A stretch of 64,000 nucleotides of DNA from an uncultured virus (IMG/VR IMGVR_UViG_3300033571_018919) (taxonomy: Duplodnaviria; Heunggongvirae; Uroviricota; Caudoviricetes), in the IMG/VR virus record IMGVR_UViG_3300033571_018919, positions 1-64,000 of that record; one strand, given 5' to 3'. The position numbers and the translations under genes are program-made. A model generated the notes under the pieces. It was not told the origin of the DNA. It saw only the letters and a list, made by a program, of their open reading frames with translations, and searched no databases. Positions 16,124 to 26,251 of this stretch are shown here, one piece after another (position 1 is the first letter of the stretch; each line of letters begins with the position of its first letter).

Positions 16124-18280
16124 ATGGCAATTAGAACATTTAACTCGGTAGGCGGATTTTCAGTAGGTGAAACACCTACTACGATTATTTTAGCCAATGG
16201 AGATATCACTACTGCTAACGGTACTTTTACTGCAAACGTAGGCGCATTAAGAGTTTTAACTGATAATTTATTATATGCAAATGGTGTACCTTGGGATTTT
16301 CAACAAGCCGCTGGTACAGGCAATTATCAAATTCAATATAACAGCAATAATGATTTTGGTGCTAGTGCTAATTTTACATTTGATCCTACAACCAATTTAT
16401 TAAATCTAAGCAATGGTAATGCAATTGTTTCTGGTAATATTACCTCATCAACATTCGTAGGTAATTTATCAGGTAATATTATTGGTAATATTACAGCAGC
16501 AGGTTCTAATACACAAGTTCAATATAATAGTAATGGCATACTTGGTGGTAGTTCTGCATTTGTTTTTGATTATACAACAAATGCGTTAACAGTATCAGGA
16601 AATATTACAAGTTTAAATGCCAATTTAGGTAACATTGCAACAGCTAACTACTTTACAGGTACTCTAACTACAAATGCACAACCAAATGTAACAAGTCTTG
16701 GTACATTAAGTAGCTTAACAATTTCAGGCACAGGTGCGATAACAGGTGCTAATTCAGTAAGTGCTAACTTTTTAACAGGAACACTAACAACAGCACTACA
16801 ACCAAACATTACGCAAGTAGGTACTTTAGGTAGTTTGAGTGTTCTTGGAAATGCTGTAGTTGGTAATCTAACTGGTGCTAATATTGTAATAGGTAATTTT
16901 TTAGATGGCACACTAGTTACTGCGGCACAACCAAATATCACAAGTTTAGGTAACTTAACATCACTGCGTGTAACTGGAAATGCAAATATTGATGGTAATA
17001 TTAATGGTGGTAATTTAAGCTTAACCGGTAAAGTATTGACATCAGTAATTCCAGGAACAAATGATACACTAACATTAGGCAATACAGGTAATGTTTGGAA
17101 CAGCTTATTTGTAAGTAACATTAACATAGGATCCACTTATATTAGGTCAAGTGCTAATGTAATATTAATGGATGCCGCTAACATAGCAAACAATATATCG
17201 ACAGGAACATTGACAGTTAGAAACGATGGGTCAGTTCAAGGTAACTTGACAGTATCAGGTAATTTAACGGTTTCTGGTAATACAACTTACATTAATGTAA
17301 CTAACTTAGATATTGTTGACCCGTTAATTTCAATGGGTGGTTCAGGTAACGGTGGAAACGCAACTGCATATGACGGCAAAGATCGAGGTATGGTTCTTCT
17401 TAACTACTATAGCAATGGTAGTGGACCAGTCAATGAAGCATTTATTTGGAAGACAGGTAATAGTGAATTCCAAGCAATCAGTCAAATTAATAGTATAACC
17501 AATGAAGTTGTAACTGCCAGTGCATTTGCAAATATTCGCGGTGATACATTTATAGGTAATTTAAGCGGAACAATATTAACCGCTGCGCAACCCAATATTA
17601 CTAGTTTAGGTACATTAGGTAATCTAACAATTAGTGGTAACTTAAAAGTTAACACTACAGCTAACTTAAATGCTTTAGTTGCAGGTGGACTTACATATCC
17701 AGTAATTGACGGAACAACATCACAAGTATTATCTACATATGGTAACGGACAACTCTATTGGGCTACAATTAGCACAAGTAGTTTGTCAAATGGAAACAGT
17801 AATATTGTTGTTTATTCTAGCGGTAATGTTGCAATTAGTGCTATAGGTACAGCGAACGTACTTAACATTTCTAATACTACTGCTACAGTTAACGGTATAT
17901 TAAATGTTACAGGTAACTTAACGTCAGGTAATGCTGATGTATCGAACCTAATTATAAGTAATTCTACTATTAGGTCAGTAACAGTAACAACAACTAGCAC
18001 AGGCGCAAATCAAACTATAGCAAGTTTATCAACAACTGGAGTAAGAGGAGCTGTGTTTGATATAAGCGGTCAAGAAACTGCAGGTGGAAAATATAGTATA
18101 GCGACCGTGTATTGTGTACATGATGGGGTTAATGTAGATTATTCAGTTTCGGGTACAGTATTATTAGGTGGTGCAACAGGTACTTTAGTAGTTAATTTAG
18201 TGGGATCAACATTATTTTTAAGTGTTACTCCTACAAGTAGTAATTCTACAAGATGGACTACACAATATAGAACAATTTAA
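16124..18280 (+). CDS. Virion fibre protein with QPNITS repeats
   Basis: N/G/T-rich with few charged residues; repeated AQPNITSLGTL and a DPLI..DGKDRG module. Confidence 0.75.
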   Translation: MAIRTFNSVGGFSVGETPTTIILANGDITTANGTFTANVGALRVLTDNLLYANGVPWDFQQAAGTGNYQIQYNSNNDFGASANFTFDPTTNLLNLSNGNAIVSGNITSSTFVGNLSGNIIGNITAAGSNTQVQYNSNGILGGSSAFVFDYTTNALTVSGNITSLNANLGNIATANYFTGTLTTNAQPNVTSLGTLSSLTISGTGAITGANSVSANFLTGTLTTALQPNITQVGTLGSLSVLGNAVVGNLTGANIVIGNFLDGTLVTAAQPNITSLGNLTSLRVTGNANIDGNINGGNLSLTGKVLTSVIPGTNDTLTLGNTGNVWNSLFVSNINIGSTYIRSSANVILMDAANIANNISTGTLTVRNDGSVQGNLTVSGNLTVSGNTTYINVTNLDIVDPLISMGGSGNGGNATAYDGKDRGMVLLNYYSNGSGPVNEAFIWKTGNSEFQAISQINSITNEVVTASAFANIRGDTFIGNLSGTILTAAQPNITSLGTLGNLTISGNLKVNTTANLNALVAGGLTYPVIDGTTSQVLSTYGNGQLYWATISTSSLSNGNSNIVVYSSGNVAISAIGTANVLNISNTTATVNGILNVTGNLTSGNADVSNLIISNSTIRSVTVTTTSTGANQTIASLSTTGVRGAVFDISGQETAGGKYSIATVYCVHDGVNVDYSVSGTVLLGGATGTLVVNLVGSTLFLSVTPTSSNSTRWTTQYRTI

Positions 18281-18304
18281 AAGGCCAATTGACGGAAAAC
18301 TATA

Positions 18305-21300
18305 ATGGCAATAACAAAGTTTAATGTAGTTGAAGGTCTTACGGTTGGTGGTCTTGTTCAAATACCTGTCATTGACAATACTGCAAACGTCAGTGCTAAC
18401 AACTTAAATGTACAAGGTGACTCTAACTTAGGTAACCTAGCCACTGCTAATTATTTTACTGGTAATGGTAGATTACTATCTGGTATAACTCTTGCCAACA
18501 CAATCGCTGATGTATCAATAACGTCACCTACCAATGGTCAAACTTTAATCTACAACGGGTTAGTTTGGGTAAACACTAATACAGGTGCGGTGTCTGCAGG
18601 ACAGGGTGTTAGCTTTTGGCTTTCTACTCCGATAATAAACGCAATAAATGCTAACAATGCTATTCAAGTTGATTCATTAAGTAGTACACCAAATACCTCA
18701 GCACAAACATATGCAAACGTTACAGTTAACGGTACGGCAGCTATTGCTGGATTTGTTTCACCACCATTAAACAGAACTAGTTGGGATGCAGGTAATTGGG
18801 ACTTTTCAATTTGGGCTAATATTAGTGCTACAGGTGGCACTAACACGTTGAATGCGGGCATTCATCAAATATTGCCTAATGCTGGAACAGTAACTACTAC
18901 AGGTACAGGTACCACAAGAACAGCAACAGCTAGCACTGGTACACCATTTGCTAATGTAGTAGCTGGGTCAAACGTAATATTATCTAGTTACATACAAACA
19001 CCTCAAGGTTTATATCGTATTACTGCTAAAACTAGTGACACAGTAGTAAGTATTAATGTTCCCACTACGTACACGAATGAAACAACTGTGTCTGCGAGTG
19101 TGTGGGTACCGTTGTTTAATATTGGTTCAGCAGATATGTCTACAACATCGCTGTTTGAATATAATTTTACCACAACAGAACCTGCTTGGCCTGTTACTAC
19201 CAATTCATCAATGGGTTTATTATTGGCGGCAACTACGTCATCATCAAAATCTGTATATGTTACAATAAATGGTACAAATCAAGCAAGTCATTTTACAACG
19301 CCATTAGCAACATTACACGATCAATTGGCAGGATTGCAAGGCGGTCAGATTGATGAATATTACCATTTAACATACAATGAATATGCAGGCACAGGCACGG
19401 GTAATTTTGTAAGACAAAGTAATGCAAACTTAATTAATCCCAACATCGATAGTGCAACGGGGTTGAGTTTAACACTAACAGGTAATTTAGTATCAGGTAA
19501 TGCGAATTTAGGTAATTTAGCAGTAGCAAATTATGTTACTGGAACACTTACTACAGGTAATCAACCAAACATAACTAGTTTAGGTACACTAAGTGGCTTG
19601 ACAAGTAATGGCATCGTTAATTTTACAACTGCAAGTAACGTATCGTTGGGTGATGTTTCTAATTTAAAAATACTAGGCGGTACTGCAGGATACGTTTTAA
19701 AAACAGACGGTACTGGTAATTTAAGTTGGGGTATAGATACAACAGCAGCGGCAGGCAATAACACATACGTACAGTTTAATGATGGTGGATCATTAGGCGG
19801 TAACGCAAACTTTACGTTTGATAAATCTACTTCATTATTAACAGTTACAGGTAATGTCAATGCATTGAATGCAGACTTAGGTAATCTAGTTGCTGCAAAC
19901 TTCTTTAGCGGTAATGGTTCATTACTAAGTTCTATTACTGGTGGCAACGTTACTGGTCAAGTAGGAAATGCATTAGTCGCTGGTACTGTTTATACTAATG
20001 CACAGCCAAATATAACAAGTTTAGGTACGCTAACTTCTTTATCTGTTTCGGGTAATGCTTCTTTTACAGGAGCAAATACATATTTTTCTAATATTGCAAA
20101 TGTTAAAATACCAGGCGGAAGTAATGGATATGTATTAAAAACAGATGGTGCTGGAAACTTAAGTTGGGGCATCGACGTAACAGACTATAGTAATACAAAC
20201 GTTGCAGCATATCTCCCTACGTATACTGGAAACTTTACTGCGGGTAACGCTAATATTTCAGGTAATATCATTTCTGGTAATGCAAGTTTAGGTAACTTAG
20301 CAACAGCAAATTATTTTAGTGGTGATGGATCATTATTATCTAACATCACAGGCGGCAATGTTGTAGGACAAGTAGGTAATGCACTGGTTGCTGGTACGGT
20401 CTACACTAACGCACAACCAAATATAACAAGTTTAGGAACATTAACGTCATTAAGTGTTACAGGCAATATTACATCAGGTAATGCAAGTTTAGGAAACTTA
20501 GCAACAGCAAACTATTTTAGTGGTGATGGGTCGCTACTTACATCAATAACCGGTGGTAACGTTACTGGTCAGGTTGCAAATGCACTCATAGCCGGCACAG
20601 TATATACAAATGCACAGCCTAATATAACTTCAGTTGGTAATCTTTCAAGCCTAACAGTTAGTGGTAATATCACATCAGGCAACGCAAGTTTAGGTAACTT
20701 AGCAGTAGCTAATTATTTTAACGGTGATGGGTCATTATTATCAAGTCTAACCGGTAGTAATGTAACAGGTCAAGTAGCTAATGCATTAATAGCTGGTACC
20801 GTATATACGAATGCACAACCAAACATCACTAGTGTTGGTACATTAACAAGCCTAAATATAACAGGTAATGTTAGTTCAGGTAATGCGAATTTAGGTAATT
20901 TAGTATTAGCAAATTATTTCAGTGGTGATGGTTCTTTACTCAGTAATTTAAATGTTGCAAATATTGGTACTGTAGCAAATGCAAATTATGCAGCATTTGC
21001 AGGTAATGTTACACTCGCATCACAACCTAATATTACTAGTGTTGGTAATTTATCGAGCCTGACTGTTAGTGGTAATACAACAATAGCAGGAAACTTAACT
21101 GTATCTGGTACAACTGTTTACGCTAATGTTACAACGTTAAATGTTAAAGATCCGATAATTGAATTAGGTGGCACAGGCAATAATGATCCACTAAGTTCTA
21201 ATGATGGCAAAGACAGAGGCACATTACTACATTACTATACAACTACTCCAATTGATGCGTTTATGGGTTGGGACAACTCGAACGGTGAGTTTGGGTTCGG

Positions 21301-24300
21301 TAGTAACGTCACAGCTACAAATGAAGTAATTACGTGGAACAGCTACGGTAATATTAGAGCAGGTTATATTATTGCTGATGGAAGTCTGTTAACATCAATT
21401 ACAGGCGGTAATGTCACTGGACAAGTAGGCAATGCATTAATTGCTGGTACAGTTTACACTAATGCGCAACCAAATATTACAAGTTTAGGTACACTTAGTA
21501 GTTTAAGTGTTACTGGTAATATTAGTGCAGGTAATGCGAATTTAGGTAATTTAGTAACAGCAAATTATTTTATTGGTGATGGTTCTTTACTCAGCAATTT
21601 AAATACTGCAAATATAGGAACCGTTGCTAATGCAAACTATGCAGCTTTTGCCGGCAACGTAGTGCTTGCGAGTCAACCCAACATAACAAGTTTAGGAACT
21701 TTAGTAAGTTTATCTGTTACAGGTAATATTACTTCAGGTAATGCGAATTTAGGTAATTTAGCAGTAGCAAACTATTTTAGTGGCAATGGATCACTACTTA
21801 CATCAATAACCGGTGGTAATGTTACAGGACAAGTAGGCAACGCATTAATTGCAGGCACAGTGTACACTAATGCACAACCAAATATTACAAGTGTTGGTAC
21901 ATTACAAAGTACTACACTAGCAGCAAACGCCAACCTAACTTTAAGTGGCAGTTTATCTCAAATAACCGGTGCTAATTTAGTAAGTGCGTCATTGTTGACT
22001 GGTACATTAACTACAGCAGCACAACCAAATATTACTAGCCTTGGTACTTTAGGAAATTTAACTGTTACAGCAAACGCAAGTGCGGGTAATATATTAACTA
22101 ACAATTTATTATATTCTAACGGTACTCCTTGGAATCTTAACGGAACATATTCAAATACAAATGTAGCTGCCTATTTACCGACTTATACAGGGAACTTGAC
22201 AGCAGGTAATGCGAACATTTCAGGTAACATTTTTGGTAACAATGGAACACTAACCGGTGCCTTACTATTGGGTTCAGGTTCAGGCGGAAATATATCAGGA
22301 GCAAATGTTGTTACTGCTAATCTGTTTACAGGTACTTTAACAACAGGCGCCCAACCAAACATTACAAGTTTAGGTACCTTAGCTAGTTTAACCGTAACCG
22401 CTAATATTAGTTCTGGTAACGCTAATTTGGGTAATTTAGTAGTAGCAAACTTCTTCTCAGGTAATGGAGCATTACTAACATCAATTACAGGTGCTAATGT
22501 TACAGGTCAAGTAGGTAATGCATTGGTTTCAGGTACAGTATATACAAATGCACAACCAAACATAACATCAGTTGGTACATTAACGTCTTTATCTGTTACA
22601 GGTAATGTTAGTGCAGGTAATGCTAACTTAGGTAATTTAGCTAGAGCAAACTTCTTTAGCGGAGATGGTGGCTTTTTATCAAATATAAATCCTAGTAATA
22701 TTGGTACAGTCGCAAATGCAAACTATGCGGCATTTGCAGGAAACGTAACATTAGCATCACAACCAAATATTACAAGTGTTGGTAATCTAGCAAGCCTAAC
22801 AGTTAGTGGCAATACAACGATTGCAGGAAATCTAACAGTTTCAGGAACAACAATTTATGCTAATGTATCTACATTAAATGTTAAAGATCCAATCATTGAA
22901 TTAGGTGGTACAGGTAATAACGATCCATTAACAAGTAATGACGGTAAAGACAGAGGTACATTATTACATTATTATACTACTGCTCCAGTTGACGCATTTA
23001 TGGGTTGGGACAACTCAAACGCTGAATTTGGGTTCGGTAGTAATGTTACAGTTACAAATGAAGTAGTTACATGGAATAGTTACGGTAATATACGTGCCAA
23101 TTATTTTATTGGTAATGGTGCATTATTAACAGGAATGTATTCTAATACAAATGTTGCTGCCTACTTACCTACATATACTGGTAATGTTGCGGCAAACTAC
23201 TTTATTGGAAATGGTAGTGCATTAACTTCAATAACAGGTGCTAATGTTACAGGTCAAGTAGCAAATGCATTGATTGCTGGTACTGTTTACACTGCTGCTC
23301 AACCTAATATTACAAGCGTTGGTACCCTCTCATCGTTGACTGTATCAGGATTAATTACAGCGACTGGTACAGGTATAAAAGTTGCTAACATTTATGATAG
23401 TACTACAACACTTACTATTGAAACAAAATACGGTAATATAGCGGGTGATGCAGGTGTCTATGGAAATCTAACGGTAGGAACCAGTGGTGCAGGAAATATT
23501 ACTGCATACAACGCTAATTTAGGTAACTTAGTTATTGGTAATTTCTTACAGGGAACATTAACAACAGGTGCTCAACCAAATATAACAAGTGTTGGTACTT
23601 TAGGAAATTTATCCGTAACAGCAAATGCAAGTGCAGGTAATATATTAACTAATAATTTGTTATATGCAAATGGAACTCCGTGGAGTTTTGGAGATGTGTA
23701 CTCTAATGCCAACGTAGCTAATTACTTACCTACATACACTGGAAACTTTACAGCGGGTAATATTTCAGTTACAGGATCAGTAATAGGAAATGCCGTTACG
23801 GCAAATTATGTAATGGTTACTGAGCGTACAACTGGAAATTATTATCCAACGTTCGTTTCAAGTAATAGTTCAGGTAATTATGCGTTAGGTGCTAATGCAG
23901 ACATATCTTATGATGCTGGTAACAGTACATTATACATATCTAAGCTTTCAAGTGGTTCAGGCAACGGCGGAACTATATCCGGTGCAAACTTAGTAAGTGC
24001 AAACTTCTTCCAAGGTGACGGTGGATTACTTTCTAACATATCTGCAAGTAACGTAGCTAGCGCAAACTATTCAAATTTTGCAGGTACCGTTATAACAGCA
24101 GCACAACCAAATATCACAAGTTTAGGAACATTAAGTAATTTAAGTGTAACAGGAAATGTAAGTGCTGGTAACATATTAACGGACAGTTTACTTTATGCTA
24201 ATGGAGTTGCATGGAGTTTTGGTAGTACCTATTCGAATGCAAACGTAGCGAATTATTTACCAACATATACAGGTAATTTACAAGCTGGTAACTTTACATT

Positions 24301-26233
24301 AAATTCATTAGGTACAGGACAAATAGCAATATCATCAAGTGGCTTAATAGTTGGTGGTCCTGATTTAATTTGGGATTTTGCTAATTCAGCGTTAACTATT
24401 ACTAATCTAAAAGCTAACGGTGTAATCAGCACAACATCTAATGTAACCGCAAGTAATGCTAACTTAGGCAACTTAGTAACAGCAAATTATTTCACAGGTA
24501 ATGCTTCATTATTAAGTTCGATCACAGGTGGCAATGTAACCGGTCAAGTAGGTAATGCATTGTTAGCGGGTACAGTATATACAAATGCACAACCAAATAT
24601 TACGAGTCTTGGTAACTTAAGTGGTTTAACAAGTAATGGCGTTATTGATTTTAACAATTCAAGTAATGTAACTTTAGGTAACGTAAGTAATTTACATATA
24701 GCAGGTGGTAGTTTAGGCTACGTCTTAAAAACAGACGGCGCTGGAAATTTAAGTTGGGGTATTGATTCAGCAGCAGCAGGTGGTAGTAATACAGAGGTTC
24801 AGTTTAATGATAATAATAGTCTTGCCGGTAGTGCAAACTTTACATTTAACAAAACCACAAACACGTTAAGTGTAACAAACATCATAGGTAATGGCGCTGG
24901 CATCACTTATATCACAGGTAGCAATGTAAATGGTCAAGTAGGGAACGCATTAGTAGCCGGAACAGTGTATACTAATGCGCAACCAAACATCACAAGTTTA
25001 GGTACTTTAAGTAGTTTATCAGTAACAGCAAACGTTAGCGCAGGAAACATTAAATCGGATAATCTATTATATGCTAATGGTACTCCATACGTCTTTACTA
25101 CAAATGCAGCTGGAAGTAATACACAAATTCAATTTAATGACGGTAATGCTTTTGCCGGAAGTGCAAATCTAACATTCAATAAAGCGACCAACACACTTAC
25201 AGCATATAACTTTGTAACTACAAATGCAAATGTTAATGGTATAGCTAATTTAGGATCTGTAAGTAATGTTAAGATAACCGGCGGTTCAGCTGGCTATACA
25301 CTAACAACAGATGGATTAGGTAACTTAAGTTGGCAAGTTGGTGCAGGTGGTGGTGCAGGGTTTGTTAATATTAATAAAGATAATTTTGTTGGTAACGGAG
25401 TACAAACTAATTTTACATTATCAACAGTACCTTCTGCTGAAGCAGCATTACAAGTTAACATCGACGGTTTAATTCAGCAGGATTGGGTTTACTCATTGTC
25501 AGGTAGTACTTTAATATTCTCTGATCCGCCTGCTAATAATGCTAATATTGAAGTAACTATATACGGGGCAATAACTATATCCGGTGCAAATACACAGGTT
25601 CTGTTTATAGATGGTTCAAACGTAAATTCAAATAGTAACTTTACGTTCAACAAAACCACTAGCACGTTATCAGTATCTAACCTTTCTGTTACCGGTAATG
25701 TTTCAAGTGGTAATTTATCAGCTACTTCTGGTTTATTAACATTAGGATCAGGAACTATTGAGGTATCCGGTAGTAATGCTGGTATCTTTACAGTTGGTAT
25801 AGGAAACACTAATATTGGTCTAGCCGGTAATGTGACATTAGGGAGTGCGTCAGGAAATGTTACGGTTCAGGGCAATTTATCAGTTGCTAATACAGCGACT
25901 ATAACAAATCTAAAAGTAAATGATTTTTACAGCAATAGAACTCCTATTGTTGTTACAACTGGTACTGTTGTGGATAGCTTCAGTACCACAAAATATAGAT
26001 CAGCTAAATACACTATGCGGGTTAATAGTGATGACGGTTATCAGGCTGTAGAAGTATTGCTGATTCACAACGGTACTAACAGTTTTGTAACAATCTATGG
26101 TAGTTTGTCTACAATCGGTTCTGATATTATTACTTTAAGCACAGATATTAATTCTGGAAATGTCAGAATGTTAGCAACAACATTGTCAGCTAATACTACG
26201 GTAAATTTATTAGGTACTTATGTATCAGATTAA
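18305..26233 (+). CDS. Giant (2642 aa) virion fibre protein built from repeated modules
   Basis: About 18 QPNITS repeats by eye, two DPIIELGG..DGKDRGTLLHYY modules, YSN(T/A)NVAxYLPTYTG repeats, an HDQLAGLQGG..EYYHLT motif and a C-terminal YRSAKY domain. Confidence 0.8.
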   Translation: MAITKFNVVEGLTVGGLVQIPVIDNTANVSANNLNVQGDSNLGNLATANYFTGNGRLLSGITLANTIADVSITSPTNGQTLIYNGLVWVNTNTGAVSAGQGVSFWLSTPIINAINANNAIQVDSLSSTPNTSAQTYANVTVNGTAAIAGFVSPPLNRTSWDAGNWDFSIWANISATGGTNTLNAGIHQILPNAGTVTTTGTGTTRTATASTGTPFANVVAGSNVILSSYIQTPQGLYRITAKTSDTVVSINVPTTYTNETTVSASVWVPLFNIGSADMSTTSLFEYNFTTTEPAWPVTTNSSMGLLLAATTSSSKSVYVTINGTNQASHFTTPLATLHDQLAGLQGGQIDEYYHLTYNEYAGTGTGNFVRQSNANLINPNIDSATGLSLTLTGNLVSGNANLGNLAVANYVTGTLTTGNQPNITSLGTLSGLTSNGIVNFTTASNVSLGDVSNLKILGGTAGYVLKTDGTGNLSWGIDTTAAAGNNTYVQFNDGGSLGGNANFTFDKSTSLLTVTGNVNALNADLGNLVAANFFSGNGSLLSSITGGNVTGQVGNALVAGTVYTNAQPNITSLGTLTSLSVSGNASFTGANTYFSNIANVKIPGGSNGYVLKTDGAGNLSWGIDVTDYSNTNVAAYLPTYTGNFTAGNANISGNIISGNASLGNLATANYFSGDGSLLSNITGGNVVGQVGNALVAGTVYTNAQPNITSLGTLTSLSVTGNITSGNASLGNLATANYFSGDGSLLTSITGGNVTGQVANALIAGTVYTNAQPNITSVGNLSSLTVSGNITSGNASLGNLAVANYFNGDGSLLSSLTGSNVTGQVANALIAGTVYTNAQPNITSVGTLTSLNITGNVSSGNANLGNLVLANYFSGDGSLLSNLNVANIGTVANANYAAFAGNVTLASQPNITSVGNLSSLTVSGNTTIAGNLTVSGTTVYANVTTLNVKDPIIELGGTGNNDPLSSNDGKDRGTLLHYYTTTPIDAFMGWDNSNGEFGFGSNVTATNEVITWNSYGNIRAGYIIADGSLLTSITGGNVTGQVGNALIAGTVYTNAQPNITSLGTLSSLSVTGNISAGNANLGNLVTANYFIGDGSLLSNLNTANIGTVANANYAAFAGNVVLASQPNITSLGTLVSLSVTGNITSGNANLGNLAVANYFSGNGSLLTSITGGNVTGQVGNALIAGTVYTNAQPNITSVGTLQSTTLAANANLTLSGSLSQITGANLVSASLLTGTLTTAAQPNITSLGTLGNLTVTANASAGNILTNNLLYSNGTPWNLNGTYSNTNVAAYLPTYTGNLTAGNANISGNIFGNNGTLTGALLLGSGSGGNISGANVVTANLFTGTLTTGAQPNITSLGTLASLTVTANISSGNANLGNLVVANFFSGNGALLTSITGANVTGQVGNALVSGTVYTNAQPNITSVGTLTSLSVTGNVSAGNANLGNLARANFFSGDGGFLSNINPSNIGTVANANYAAFAGNVTLASQPNITSVGNLASLTVSGNTTIAGNLTVSGTTIYANVSTLNVKDPIIELGGTGNNDPLTSNDGKDRGTLLHYYTTAPVDAFMGWDNSNAEFGFGSNVTVTNEVVTWNSYGNIRANYFIGNGALLTGMYSNTNVAAYLPTYTGNVAANYFIGNGSALTSITGANVTGQVANALIAGTVYTAAQPNITSVGTLSSLTVSGLITATGTGIKVANIYDSTTTLTIETKYGNIAGDAGVYGNLTVGTSGAGNITAYNANLGNLVIGNFLQGTLTTGAQPNITSVGTLGNLSVTANASAGNILTNNLLYANGTPWSFGDVYSNANVANYLPTYTGNFTAGNISVTGSVIGNAVTANYVMVTERTTGNYYPTFVSSNSSGNYALGANADISYDAGNSTLYISKLSSGSGNGGTISGANLVSANFFQGDGGLLSNISASNVASANYSNFAGTVITAAQPNITSLGTLSNLSVTGNVSAGNILTDSLLYANGVAWSFGSTYSNANVANYLPTYTGNLQAGNFTLNSLGTGQIAISSSGLIVGGPDLIWDFANSALTITNLKANGVISTTSNVTASNANLGNLVTANYFTGNASLLSSITGGNVTGQVGNALLAGTVYTNAQPNITSLGNLSGLTSNGVIDFNNSSNVTLGNVSNLHIAGGSLGYVLKTDGAGNLSWGIDSAAAGGSNTEVQFNDNNSLAGSANFTFNKTTNTLSVTNIIGNGAGITYITGSNVNGQVGNALVAGTVYTNAQPNITSLGTLSSLSVTANVSAGNIKSDNLLYANGTPYVFTTNAAGSNTQIQFNDGNAFAGSANLTFNKATNTLTAYNFVTTNANVNGIANLGSVSNVKITGGSAGYTLTTDGLGNLSWQVGAGGGAGFVNINKDNFVGNGVQTNFTLSTVPSAEAALQVNIDGLIQQDWVYSLSGSTLIFSDPPANNANIEVTIYGAITISGANTQVLFIDGSNVNSNSNFTFNKTTSTLSVSNLSVTGNVSSGNLSATSGLLTLGSGTIEVSGSNAGIFTVGIGNTNIGLAGNVTLGSASGNVTVQGNLSVANTATITNLKVNDFYSNRTPIVVTTGTVVDSFSTTKYRSAKYTMRVNSDDGYQAVEVLLIHNGTNSFVTIYGSLSTIGSDIITLSTDINSGNVRMLATTLSANTTVNLLGTYVSD

Positions 26234-26251
26234 GATTAAGGAAAATTTAAA